Shown here one piece after another: positions 1-9,509 of a DNA stretch of 64,000 nucleotides. A model generated the notes under the pieces. That model was given only the letters and a program-made list of their open reading frames with translations. It was not told where the DNA came from and did not search any database. The position numbers and the translations under genes were made by a program. Location of the stretch: positions 160,001 through 224,000 of the forward strand of contig JBCBUK010000003.1 of assembly GCA_039818205.1 (NCBI GenBank). The letters are read 5' to 3'. The DNA comes from Verrucomicrobiota bacterium. GTDB lineage: Bacteria; Verrucomicrobiota; Verrucomicrobiia; Opitutales; Cerasicoccaceae. Positions within the stretch are counted from its first letter, which is position 1; the number at the start of each line of letters is the position of its first letter.

Positions 1-182
1 TCGTCCCCGCCTGAGGCCGCCATAAACGCGTGATTGATCGACGATCCAGCCGTTTTGCGAATGTGAACATGGTAGATCCGCTCGTTCCCTCCCGGAATCG
101 ATACGGGTGCCCGATAGCTTGGTTCGGGCCTATCTTGCTGGGTAGATCGAGGGAGGAGACGGTTGATGATACGTTTGAGCAT
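1..182 (-). CDS. Sulfotransferase family protein (5' part only; continues beyond window start)
   Basis: Not in the ORF track. Manual translation from ATG at 182 (minus): MLKRIINRLLPRSTQQDRPEPSYRAPVSIPGGNERIYHVHIRKTAGSSINHAFMAASGGD..., open to the window edge. HIRKTAGSS matches the HIPKTAGTS-type PAPS-binding loop. Confidence 0.7.
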   Translation of the reverse strand, partial: MLKRIINRLLPRSTQQDRPEPSYRAPVSIPGGNERIYHVHIRKTAGSSINHAFMAASGGD

Positions 183-361
183 CCGAAGAAATTCAGTTCC
201 TTCATGGCATGTTCGTTGCTTCAGCTGAAGCAAGCATTTTTACCCTAAACAACCAAACCCCGATACCGGATTCCCATGGATCATATAAGAGCTTTCCTTG
301 TCAGATGGGAAAACAACCTTGTCAAATCAGCTCTGCCGGATTATATCTGTGCGGTTTATCA

Positions 362-1006
362 ATGATGAATTTCTCAACAATTATTACCATCATTTTAGCG
401 TTTGCTTCGGCAATGGGAACCGGATTGTTGGCTCAGGATGGCAGCTCGGCGGCTGCCTCTGGCGGCGCTCCCCAGGCGCTCCCTTCTAATTATCGCCTGA
501 ACGTAACCGACCAAGTTACCGTCAGCGTGTTCGAGGAACCCGAGCTCACCGTGACTCAGCTAATCCCGGCCAATGGTATGATCCGAATGCCATTGCTTGG
601 CGAGATTAGCCTCCTCGGTTTGACGATTCGCGAGGCTGAATATAAAGTGCAAAACGCATACATCGATGCTCGGTTACTACGGAAACCTCAGGTTTATATT
701 ACCGTTTCCGGATATGTAGCCCGAGAGTTTTCAATCTTCGGGCAGGTTTCCGGGCAGGGCCAAATTCCTTTCCCAATCGAACGTGACTCAATGGATATCG
801 TTGAGGCGATTGCTCGCTCCGGCGGATTCACCGGGATTGCTCGCAGTTCTGCGGTTCGGATTACCCGAAAAGATGCAGCTGGGCATGAGGAGAACATCAT
901 TGTGGATGTCGAAGAGCTCATCGAAGACCAAGATACGACCTCCCGCCGCGGAGAGTTTCTTGTCTATCCGGGAGATATTATCTACGTGCCGGAGCGGATA
1001 TTCTAA
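362..1006 (+). CDS. Polysaccharide export protein (OPX/Wza-like; Poly_export + SLBB), short form
   Basis: Signal peptide without lipobox; YRLNVTDQVTVSVF, GMIRMPLLGEI, AIARSGGFT, PGDIIYVPERIF motifs. Start placed at ATG 362/365 rather than 209. Confidence 0.88.
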   Translation: MMNFSTIITIILAFASAMGTGLLAQDGSSAAASGGAPQALPSNYRLNVTDQVTVSVFEEPELTVTQLIPANGMIRMPLLGEISLLGLTIREAEYKVQNAYIDARLLRKPQVYITVSGYVAREFSIFGQVSGQGQIPFPIERDSMDIVEAIARSGGFTGIARSSAVRITRKDAAGHEENIIVDVEELIEDQDTTSRRGEFLVYPGDIIYVPERIF

Positions 1007-1100
1007 TTCCTTTTTCGACAATCGTTATTGTCAATTTGCTACCTAGTTGCATGCCCTTAAGAGGCTGGCCTGCAAAGACTTACATTACCTTACTGCAACC

Positions 1101-3350
1101 ATGAACGAATTTTCTTCAAAAAATCAATCTCCCGCAGGTCCCGCCGCCAAAGGTGGTCTGGCCATACCGGCGCCAGTGCGGAATTGGCGCGATTATCTCC
1201 TGATGATCCGCGAACGCTGGTTAATTGGTATGAGCCTAGGTCTGCTCGCATCTTGCCTGTTCGCTTATTTCGGTCTGCGGGAAGCACCAATGTATCGGTC
1301 TTCGGCTACCTTGATGATTGAGTCCAAGGCCGACCGTGTTGTGGACATTAAGGAAGTGGTTGATACCACAGTCCGGAGTGGTAGTGAACTCCAGAACCAC
1401 TTGTCGCAAATGCGGAGCCGTAGCTTCAGCCAGCGCGTGGTGCAAAGTTTCTCTGAACGCGAAGCGGGTCGAATTACTGAGCCGTACCACACCGAAAAGA
1501 GCCGCGCTGGGGTTGGTGGCGTCGTCGCCCGTAGTATGGACATCCGTTTGCCTGCTGGACAGGTTTTCTACTTTGAGTCCAAGCACCGTGACCCTGAGAT
1601 GGCGGCATTGATTGCCAATCGTTACGTCAATGAATACATCCAGTTTTTGCTCGAACGGACTACCGTTGGAGAGACCTCGGCAAATCAATTCCTCCAGGCT
1701 AAGGCCGATGAATTGAAGAAGCAGGTTAAGGACGGAGAGCAACGATTGGAGGATTTTCGACGTACTAACAACATGGTCTCTTTGGATGAGTCCCAAAACG
1801 TTATCGCTGCTCGTTTGCAGAGCTTGAATGGTGCATTGACTTCGGCCCGCGTTAGCCGCCTGGAGATCGAATCCAAGTTGCAACAGGTCGAAGCGGCGAA
1901 AACCGAAGGTGTTGAGCTGCTCGATATTCCGGTCATTGCCCAATATGGAAACATTCCCGAGCTGGTCCAGACTCATCAGGGATTGGTCGCTGAGCGAAAG
2001 ATCCTGGGAGAGCGCTATTTGGAGCGTCACCCGAAGATGATCGATAACTCGAATCGCATGGAGGTAAATCAGGATCGAATTGAAAACGTTGTCGACCAAG
2101 CGATTTCCGACCTCACAAACCAGCTTTCTGGAGCAAATCGGCAATTCGATAATTTGAAGCAGGAAATGGCGAACGCGGAGCAGGAATCTTTGGATTTGGA
2201 TGAAATGCGTATCAGCTATAACGCGATTGCCCGTGAAGTGGATAGCTCGCGAAAACTCTACAACCAGATTTTGTCTCGAATGCACGAGACCACTATTTCT
2301 GCGCAGCTCGACAATACGAACGTCCGAATCTTAGATGAAGCCGTTTCTGCTGGGCGGCCATTCTCACCCGATCGCAAGGGCATTATTACCAAGGCGGTTG
2401 GACTATTCTTTATCGTATTTATTGGAGCGCCGATCCTTCTCGAATTGGTCAACAACCGCCTGCATGGCTATTGGGACATCCATGTATTCCTTCAGCGGGA
2501 GATGCTGGGCGAGATTCCTCGATCCAATCGTGTAGATCCCGACAAGCTACCCGTTGCTGTCCGGGATGAACTCAATGATTCGATCAGTGAGTCCTTCCGG
2601 GTCCTCTATGGTCAGATTACCATGCTTTCTGAGCGCGATTTCCCGAAGTCGATTCTCATTACCAGTACCGTTCCAGGTGAGGGTAAGTCGACGGTGATCT
2701 CTAATTTGGCTCAAACCTTTGCCAAGCACGGTAAAAAAGTCGTGCTGATCGATTTCGACCTTCGCCGTCCCGTAATTCATCGCTATTACCAGACCGACAA
2801 TGAAGGCGGTCTGATGAGTTGGTGGAATTCTCACCGGTCCGTTCAGGAGTCAATTCCATTGAAGCAGGATCCGGACCTTGCAATGAAGGAAATGGACACG
2901 AACCTTTCCGTTTTAACATCCGGAGGATCTTCGAAGAACGCCACGGAGCTGTTGTCTGATCCAAAGTTTTCGGAACTGTTGTTCCAGCTGAAGAAGGAGT
3001 TTGATCTTGTTCTTATCGATACACCGCCTGCCGGAATCTTCGTCGAAACCCTCCAGTTGGGCGAACTTGTTGATGAGGTGATTTATATCGCTCGGCAGAA
3101 CGCGGTTAACCGGAACAAGGCGAAGCGGGTTCTTCAAGACTTCGACCGAATCGGGGTTTCGGTGCTTGGTATCATCTTGAACTCGGTCAAGGGATCCGGT
3201 GCTCAGCGCTATGGTTATTACGGCTATTCCTACAGTTCGACCGATTATGTCTACCGCTACTACCAGCGTCGTGACCGTAAGGAAAAGAAGAACGATAAGA
3301 AGCCCAGCAAGAAAGCTAAGGAGAAGAACGAAGAAACCGTGCTCAGCTAA
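1101..3350 (+). CDS. wzc: Polysaccharide co-polymerase / BY-kinase (Wzc/GumC family)
   Basis: Two TM segments flanking a coiled-coil region, Walker A PGEGKST, DFDLRRP, LIDTPP, C-terminal Tyr cluster RYGYYGYSYSSTDYVYRYY. Likely start ATG 1101. Confidence 0.9.
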   Translation: MNEFSSKNQSPAGPAAKGGLAIPAPVRNWRDYLLMIRERWLIGMSLGLLASCLFAYFGLREAPMYRSSATLMIESKADRVVDIKEVVDTTVRSGSELQNHLSQMRSRSFSQRVVQSFSEREAGRITEPYHTEKSRAGVGGVVARSMDIRLPAGQVFYFESKHRDPEMAALIANRYVNEYIQFLLERTTVGETSANQFLQAKADELKKQVKDGEQRLEDFRRTNNMVSLDESQNVIAARLQSLNGALTSARVSRLEIESKLQQVEAAKTEGVELLDIPVIAQYGNIPELVQTHQGLVAERKILGERYLERHPKMIDNSNRMEVNQDRIENVVDQAISDLTNQLSGANRQFDNLKQEMANAEQESLDLDEMRISYNAIAREVDSSRKLYNQILSRMHETTISAQLDNTNVRILDEAVSAGRPFSPDRKGIITKAVGLFFIVFIGAPILLELVNNRLHGYWDIHVFLQREMLGEIPRSNRVDPDKLPVAVRDELNDSISESFRVLYGQITMLSERDFPKSILITSTVPGEGKSTVISNLAQTFAKHGKKVVLIDFDLRRPVIHRYYQTDNEGGLMSWWNSHRSVQESIPLKQDPDLAMKEMDTNLSVLTSGGSSKNATELLSDPKFSELLFQLKKEFDLVLIDTPPAGIFVETLQLGELVDEVIYIARQNAVNRNKAKRVLQDFDRIGVSVLGIILNSVKGSGAQRYGYYGYSYSSTDYVYRYYQRRDRKEKKNDKKPSKKAKEKNEETVLS

Positions 3351-3408
3351 GCGAGCACGGCGCGTGGGCCGGGCGGATCCCGGCGAAGACAGCGCGGCTG
3401 GAGAATTT

Positions 3409-4287
3409 TTAGTCCGAGCTCAAGAGGGTCGCAAGGTAGCGCCCGTAATCACTGTTTGCTCGCTCCTGTGCGAGTTTGCTTAGTGCCTCGTCGCTGATCC
3501 AGTCGTTTCGCCAGGCAATTTCTTCGGGGCACGAAATCTTCAGCCCCTGACGCTTTTCCAAAGAGTGGACAAATTGGGCGGCTTCAACGAGTGATTCTGG
3601 CGTGCCGGTATCGAGCCACGCATAGCCGCGCCCCATTGTTTTCACCTGTAGTTCGCCTTCTTGCAAATAGCGCTCCATTAGCGAGGTGATTTCTAGTTCA
3701 CCACGGGCCGACGGTTTGACTTCGGAGGCATAGTCGCTCGCATTTCCATCGAAATAGTAAAGTCCGACGAGAGCGTAGTTGGATTTCGGAACGGCTGGTT
3801 TTTCTTCGATCGAAACAACTTTGCCTGATTGGGCAAATTCAACAACCCCATATCGGCCTGGATCGCTAACGCGATAGGCAAACACGGTGGCGCCATTGCG
3901 GGTGTCGCCCGCAGTTTGGAGCAGATTCGATAGGCCGTGCCCATAGAACACATTGTCTCCGAGGACGAGTGTGCTTGGTTTTCCGGCCAGGAACTCTCGC
4001 CCGATCAGGAACGCTTGGGCAAGCCCCTCAGGTTTCGGTTGCTCGGCGTATCGAATCGAGATGCCCCATTTGGAACCGTCGCCCAGTAGGCTCTCATACA
4101 TTGGCAGATCGCGTGGAGTCGATATCAACAGTATGTCTTGAATTCCCGATAGCATCAACGTGCTAAGCGGGTAATAAACCATCGGCTTATCGTAAATCGG
4201 CAGTAACTGTTTGCTGAGGGCGTATGTGCAGGGATAGAGCCTTGAGCCAGCTCCACCCGCCAATATGATACCTTTTCTGGAGCTCAT
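3409..4287 (-). CDS. rmlA: Glucose-1-phosphate thymidylyltransferase
   Basis: [49 protein letters not shown] motifs. Confidence 0.96.
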   Translation of the reverse strand: MSSRKGIILAGGAGSRLYPCTYALSKQLLPIYDKPMVYYPLSTLMLSGIQDILLISTPRDLPMYESLLGDGSKWGISIRYAEQPKPEGLAQAFLIGREFLAGKPSTLVLGDNVFYGHGLSNLLQTAGDTRNGATVFAYRVSDPGRYGVVEFAQSGKVVSIEEKPAVPKSNYALVGLYYFDGNASDYASEVKPSARGELEITSLMERYLQEGELQVKTMGRGYAWLDTGTPESLVEAAQFVHSLEKRQGLKISCPEEIAWRNDWISDEALSKLAQERANSDYGRYLATLLSSD

Positions 4288-4309
4288 AGCAGTGGCAGTT
4301 GATGGTCAG

Positions 4310-5200
4310 TTAAAGGGAAGCTGGGGAGGCTTCGGCGATCCAGTTCTTGAGGGAGGTCTCAAGCGCTTCCTCGACTGGGCGAATCGGAATGCCAGCATTG
4401 ATCAACTTGCTGCTGTCCAAAACGCAATTGGAACGGGGTGCCGAAGCGGCTTTTTGCATAAAGGTTTCTTCGTCGGGAAAAAACGTGAACGCTTTGTTGG
4501 GGGCGAGAAATTTCTGGATCATTGCCGTGACTTCGCTGGAAAGCACCGAACCGGTATTGGTGATGTTGTAGGTGCCGAAGGGAACTCGTTTTTCCCAAGT
4601 GAGCGAGCAGGCCTGTGCAAATTCATCCAAATGGGTGATGGAGTTCCGGGCTTCCAGAAGTGTGGAGTAGCGCATCAACTTTGAGAGATAGTTGCGCGGT
4701 GAGTCCTCGTGGTTGAAGGGAATGCGTAGGCGCCAAATGAAGCAGTTTGGGTCGTTGGCCAGGGCTTCTTCAGCGAGAGCCTTGGTTCCGGAATAATAGC
4801 TACAATTGTTCTGGCGAAACGAAAAATTGGGCGGATCTTCCTCGGTGAAGCCTGAGCCGTCCGGGCGGGAGCCCGTAAAGATGCATCCCGATGAAACGTG
4901 GCCCCAGGGTAGGTTAAACTCTGTGCAGACTTCGGAAACCCACCCGGGGAAAACAGCGTTGCCGAACAGGCAATTGGCTTGATCCGTTTCGCAAGCATCC
5001 ACGTTTGGTTTGCCGGTATAGCCCGCGGCGTTGACTAAAAAGGTCGGCTTCGATTCTTCGATGAGACGCCGCAGTTCCGAAGAGCGGGTATAGTCGATTT
5101 GCTGCCGTGAGGCAGCAACATACTCGAGGTTGCGGTTTTCAAAGTAGCGGACGAAGGCTTGGCCAACGTATCCAGTAGCGCCGAGGATTAGAACTTTCAT
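4310..5200 (-). CDS. NDP-4-keto-6-deoxyglucose 3,5-epimerase/4-reductase-like SDR (NRS/ER-type; RmlD superfamily)
   Basis: GATGYVG Rossmann motif, NAAGYTGKPNVDACE, SSGCIF, YSGTK (YxxxK), LRIP, PRNYLSK, APRSN. Lies between rmlB and rmlA. Confidence 0.8.
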   Translation of the reverse strand: MKVLILGATGYVGQAFVRYFENRNLEYVAASRQQIDYTRSSELRRLIEESKPTFLVNAAGYTGKPNVDACETDQANCLFGNAVFPGWVSEVCTEFNLPWGHVSSGCIFTGSRPDGSGFTEEDPPNFSFRQNNCSYYSGTKALAEEALANDPNCFIWRLRIPFNHEDSPRNYLSKLMRYSTLLEARNSITHLDEFAQACSLTWEKRVPFGTYNITNTGSVLSSEVTAMIQKFLAPNKAFTFFPDEETFMQKAASAPRSNCVLDSSKLINAGIPIRPVEEALETSLKNWIAEASPASL

Positions 5201-5210
5201 CAGTGGTAGA

Positions 5211-6311
5211 TCAGGCGCTTGGTGTAACTGCTATCCCTTGGCGTTCAAGCTTGTAGTTGCCCGAAAGGATCGATTCCCACCATTCCTGGTTGTCCAAATA
5301 CCATTGAACCGTCTTCCGCATGCCCGATTGATTGTTCTCGGCGGGCTCCCAGTCGAGCTCGCTCTTGATCTTACGCGCATCGATGGCATACCGAAAATCG
5401 TGCCCCGGGCGATCCTGTACAAAGGTGATCAATTCGGCATAGCTAGAAATTTTGGAGCCCGGTGGGTGGGGGCGCAGCTCATCGAGAATCGCGCAAATGT
5501 CCCGAACGAGGTCAATGTTTTGGCGCTCATTATTGCCTCCGATATTATAAGTCTCGCCGGCTTGGCCCGCTTGGGCGACTCGGAGGAGGGCGCGACAATG
5601 GTCCTCAACATATAGCCAATCGCGGACATTCTCTCCCGTCCCGTACACAGGGATCGGGTCACCACGAAGGCATTTTAGGATGACCACCGGAATCAGCTTC
5701 TCTGGAAACTGGAAGGGGCCGTAGTTGTTCGAGCAGTTGGTGACCATAACTGGCATTCCGTAGGTGCTCTTCCAAGCGCGGGCGAGGTGGTCCGATGCTG
5801 CTTTGCTGGCGGAGTAGGGCGAGTGAGGATCGTAGCGGGTGGTCTCGCAAAAGGCGTCGTCCCCAAGGTCTAGCGAGCCGTAAACTTCGTCGGTGGACAC
5901 ATGGATGAACCGAAAGTCCTGACTCTTGTCGATGCTGCGCCACCAACTTAAAGCGGCCTGGAGCAAATTGAATGTACCGACTACGTTGGTATCGATAAAC
6001 TGCCCAGCGCCATCAATCGAGCGGTCCACGTGTGACTCAGCAGCCAAGTGAAACACGGCGGTCGGTTGATAGCGGGCCATGCCCTGCATGACAGCTTCTG
6101 CGTCGGTAATATCGATTTCTTCGAGCTGGTAGCGCCCATGGTTTTCCACGTCGACCAGCGAGTGGCGATTGCCAGCGTAGGTAAAGCAGTCCCAATTGAC
6201 TATTTTCGCGTTGGTGTCCCGTAACAGGAGCCGAACCAAATTGGATCCGATGAATCCTGCACCGCCGGTGACAATGAATACCTCATCCGATAGCTGGGTC
6301 GATGTGGGCAT
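5211..6311 (-). CDS. rmlB: dTDP-glucose 4,6-dehydratase
   Basis: [59 protein letters not shown]. Start likely ATG 6311. Confidence 0.96.
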   Translation of the reverse strand: MPTSTQLSDEVFIVTGGAGFIGSNLVRLLLRDTNAKIVNWDCFTYAGNRHSLVDVENHGRYQLEEIDITDAEAVMQGMARYQPTAVFHLAAESHVDRSIDGAGQFIDTNVVGTFNLLQAALSWWRSIDKSQDFRFIHVSTDEVYGSLDLGDDAFCETTRYDPHSPYSASKAASDHLARAWKSTYGMPVMVTNCSNNYGPFQFPEKLIPVVILKCLRGDPIPVYGTGENVRDWLYVEDHCRALLRVAQAGQAGETYNIGGNNERQNIDLVRDICAILDELRPHPPGSKISSYAELITFVQDRPGHDFRYAIDARKIKSELDWEPAENNQSGMRKTVQWYLDNQEWWESILSGNYKLERQGIAVTPSA

Positions 6312-6404
6312 GTCGCGCAATAATGGGTTGAAGGCGCTTCGAGCCAAGCTCCAATTTTGGCGCTCGCTGAGGCAAGTCCCTCAACCCATCATTGGCTTCT
6401 ACTC

Positions 6405-7097
6405 TTAATCCAGGTCGAACCAAAGAAACTCGCCGGCTTCGGCTGCTTCGACTGAAACTGAGGGTTCATCCGCGATTGCCAGAGCATCCCCTGGCTCAAG
6501 TTGATGCTCACCGACCGAGAAGCGTCCGCGGGTTATGTGCAAGAAAGCTCGATTGCGATTTAACGGCAGCTCAAGGACTGAGCCGGTTTCGAGCTGGCCT
6601 CGATAGAGTTCTGAGTCGGCGTGCCAGGCGATGGGTGGGTCAACGGTTCCATCACCGCTGGCAACCAGCTGCATACCAGTGGCTTTTGGGATTGATTTGA
6701 ACTCTGTGTAGTGTGGCTCGGTGTCGAGCTGGTTCGGCAGAATCCAGATCTGAATGAAGTGGGCACGGTTTTCTTTGGATGGGTTGAATTCGCTATGGGT
6801 CACCCCGCGTCCAGCGCTCATGTACTGGAACGATCCAGGCATTATCGTGCCCCCGTTACCCATGCTATCGCGGTGTTCGAGCTCGCCTTCGAGCACGTAA
6901 CTGACGATCTCAGCGTTGCGATGGGGATGGGTCCCAAAGCCTTTGCCTTCCGCGACCCAGTCGTCGTTGAGGACGCGCAGGGCCCCCCATTGGGTGCGTT
7001 CGGGATCTTGATAGCTCCCAAAGGAGAAGCTGTGGCGACTGTCCAACCAGCCGATGTTGGTGGAGCCGCGTGAGTTGGATGTGCGTTTTTCGATCAT
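6405..7097 (-). CDS. Pirin family protein (YhhW-like cupin)
   Basis: GWLDSRHSFSFG, LRVLNDD, GFGTHPHRNAEI, HRDSMGN, MSAGRGVTHSE, QIWI. Start likely ATG 7097. Confidence 0.92.
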   Translation of the reverse strand: MIEKRTSNSRGSTNIGWLDSRHSFSFGSYQDPERTQWGALRVLNDDWVAEGKGFGTHPHRNAEIVSYVLEGELEHRDSMGNGGTIMPGSFQYMSAGRGVTHSEFNPSKENRAHFIQIWILPNQLDTEPHYTEFKSIPKATGMQLVASGDGTVDPPIAWHADSELYRGQLETGSVLELPLNRNRAFLHITRGRFSVGEHQLEPGDALAIADEPSVSVEAAEAGEFLWFDLD

Positions 7098-7399
7098 GGA
7101 AATAGTATTGATGAAAAGTATCTTCATGTCAAGATAAAATGATCCTGTTTTCTTACAGTTATGTGGCAAAATTTATTCAATCTGGGCTAATTGGTGTAAA
7201 AATTCCGGTTCGATAGGGAAAGTTTCCTGAATAGATGCGACAAATGTTACCTTAGCTAGAGCTGATCAGTTTATTGGTCCGGCACTCCATGGAATGCTGT
7301 ATATGAGCCTCTTTCATGGGTTTGATGAATTTCAGTTAGCTAATTTGTCCTAACATGTCGTTGTCGATAGATGAGTCTCGTTTCTGGAATGCATGAAAT

Positions 7400-7415
7400 T
7401 GGCACGGTGGGTGCT
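7400..7415 (+). promoter_or_regulatory. Sigma-54 (-24/-12) promoter for amtB-glnK
   Basis: TGGCACGGTGGGTGCT vs consensus TGGCACG-N4-TTGCW: GG and GC correctly spaced, one mismatch; about 75 nt upstream of amtB. Confidence 0.75.
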
Positions 7416-7489
7416 TGGTAGTGCGCCTCTCAAAAACTCCGCAAACTAGACGGAAATGATTCTTCAATCCAACTAACTAAAATCATATC

Positions 7490-8908
7490 ATGAAACTCAG
7501 ACTCCTGAAACTCCTGATGCTTGCGCTTGGTATTGCCGCTTGTGGCTTTTCCGTCGCATCTGCTCAGGATGAAATAATTGAAGCTGTGGCCGAAGCTGTA
7601 TCAGCCCCTGACGCCATGCCTGGTCCACCGGCAGACGAGGATTACCTCGCGTTGGTTGAAACGCATGGTGTCACGTTCGACTTCTTCACAATCAGTAACC
7701 TTTGGACCCTTATTGCCGCCGGTTTGGTGTTCCTGATGCACCTTGGTTTTGCGACCTTGGAATCAGGTATGGCGCAAGCAAAGAATACCGTGAACGTTCT
7801 TTTCAAGAACGTATTCATTATTTGCATGGGTATCCTGACGTATCTCGTTTGGGGTTTCAATGCCATGTATCCGGGCTTCGATGGCTCAGGCTTTTTTGCC
7901 GTGGGTTCGCCTGTGACAATGGCTGACTACGGTGGAACCGACTTCTCCTATGGTGGAACGGGTCTCTGCATGACTGGTTGGGCTGACTTCATTTTCCAGG
8001 CAATGTTTGCTGCTACCGCGGCCACGATCGTTTCTGGTGCGGTTGCTGAGCGTATTAAGCTCTCCAGCTTTATGATCTTCTCGACCTTGTTGGTCATGTT
8101 CGCTTATCCAATGGCTGGTTCTTGGAAGTGGGGCGCAGGTTGGCTCGACGGAATGGGCTTCTACGACTTCGCTGGTTCGTCCATCGTTCACGCATTTGGC
8201 GGTTTCGCCGCTTTGGCTTGTGTGCTCCTCCTTGGACCACGTAAGGGCAAGTATCTCGACAACGGCAAGATCAAGCCAATCCTCGGCCACTCGATGCCAT
8301 TGGCGACCATCGGCGTATTCCTGCTCTTCTTGGGCTGGTTCGGATTTAACGGTGGTTCGGTTCTTTCGGCTGATCCTGAGCTCGTATCTTTCGTATTCGT
8401 AACCACGGCTGTAGCTGCTGCTGCTGGCGGTCTGGCATCGATCTTCGTTTCTTGGATTGCTATTAAGAAGCCTGACTTGACGATGGCATTGAATGGTATC
8501 CTCGCTGGTTTGGTCGGTATTACCGCTGGTGCAGACTCCGTCACGCTTCTTGGGTCGGTTATCATCGGTTTTATCGCTGGTATCATTGTTGTCTTCGCGA
8601 TCCTCTTCTTCGACAAGGTCAAGATCGACGACCCAGTTGGTGCGATCTCTGTTCACGGTATCTGCGGTATCTGGGGCACGCTAGCGGTTGCTATCTTCCA
8701 ACAGGAAGGCTCTGGTTTCAGCTTCGTCACTCAGTTGATCGGCACCTTGTCCTACTCGGCATTTGCCTTCATCTTCTCGATCATCATCTTCGGTATCATC
8801 AAGGTTACCATGGGTGTTCGTGTCAGCGAAGACGAAGAGGCCGAAGGTCTGGATGTTGGCGAACACGGTCAGGAAGCCTATCCTTACTTCCAGCCGGACA
8901 CCAAGTAA
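7490..8908 (+). CDS. amtB: Ammonium transporter (Amt family)
   Basis: FQAMFAATAATIVSGAVAER, DFAGSSIVH, GWFGFNGGS, DDPVGAISVHG, EEAEGLDVGEHG; signal peptide and multiple TM helices. Confidence 0.97.
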   Translation: MKLRLLKLLMLALGIAACGFSVASAQDEIIEAVAEAVSAPDAMPGPPADEDYLALVETHGVTFDFFTISNLWTLIAAGLVFLMHLGFATLESGMAQAKNTVNVLFKNVFIICMGILTYLVWGFNAMYPGFDGSGFFAVGSPVTMADYGGTDFSYGGTGLCMTGWADFIFQAMFAATAATIVSGAVAERIKLSSFMIFSTLLVMFAYPMAGSWKWGAGWLDGMGFYDFAGSSIVHAFGGFAALACVLLLGPRKGKYLDNGKIKPILGHSMPLATIGVFLLFLGWFGFNGGSVLSADPELVSFVFVTTAVAAAAGGLASIFVSWIAIKKPDLTMALNGILAGLVGITAGADSVTLLGSVIIGFIAGIIVVFAILFFDKVKIDDPVGAISVHGICGIWGTLAVAIFQQEGSGFSFVTQLIGTLSYSAFAFIFSIIIFGIIKVTMGVRVSEDEEAEGLDVGEHGQEAYPYFQPDTK

Positions 8909-8950
8909 TGGCGCGAGTCTCGACTTGATTCATTGCCAATCAACCGATAA

Positions 8951-9310
<360 letters not shown>

Positions 9311-9332
9311 TCTAGTCTGTCACTGATATTTC

Positions 9333-9374
9333 ACGACCTCCGCTGGTTTAGTCCAGCGGGGGTCGTTTTGTTTG
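9333..9374 (+). terminator. Intrinsic terminator after glnK
   Basis: Stem ACGACCTCCGCTGG / CCAGCGGGGGTCGT with 6-nt loop, followed by TTTGTTTG. Confidence 0.8.
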
Positions 9375-9509
9375 TGCCGGCGCGCTCTGGCCTGGCGTGC
9401 GAATCGCTCTTGTCGACGCAGCCCCGCCCAGCTGATTGGAATTTGGCGAGGCTTCTCCTAATATTGTGTTTGGCAAAAGCGTTCTTAACCGCAAGATCCT
9501 CAGTTGATT

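Noticed and set aside
1236..2285. 349-aa antisense ORF inside wzc; similar ones at 7886-8656, 19305-19961, 29879-30541 and 58858-59706
   Set aside because: Entirely opposite well-supported genes with no motifs; typical shadow ORFs from codon bias.
7281..7298. GCACTCCATGGAATGC as an NtrC site upstream of amtB
   Set aside because: Near-palindromic, but spacing and right half deviate from GCAC-N7-GTGC.
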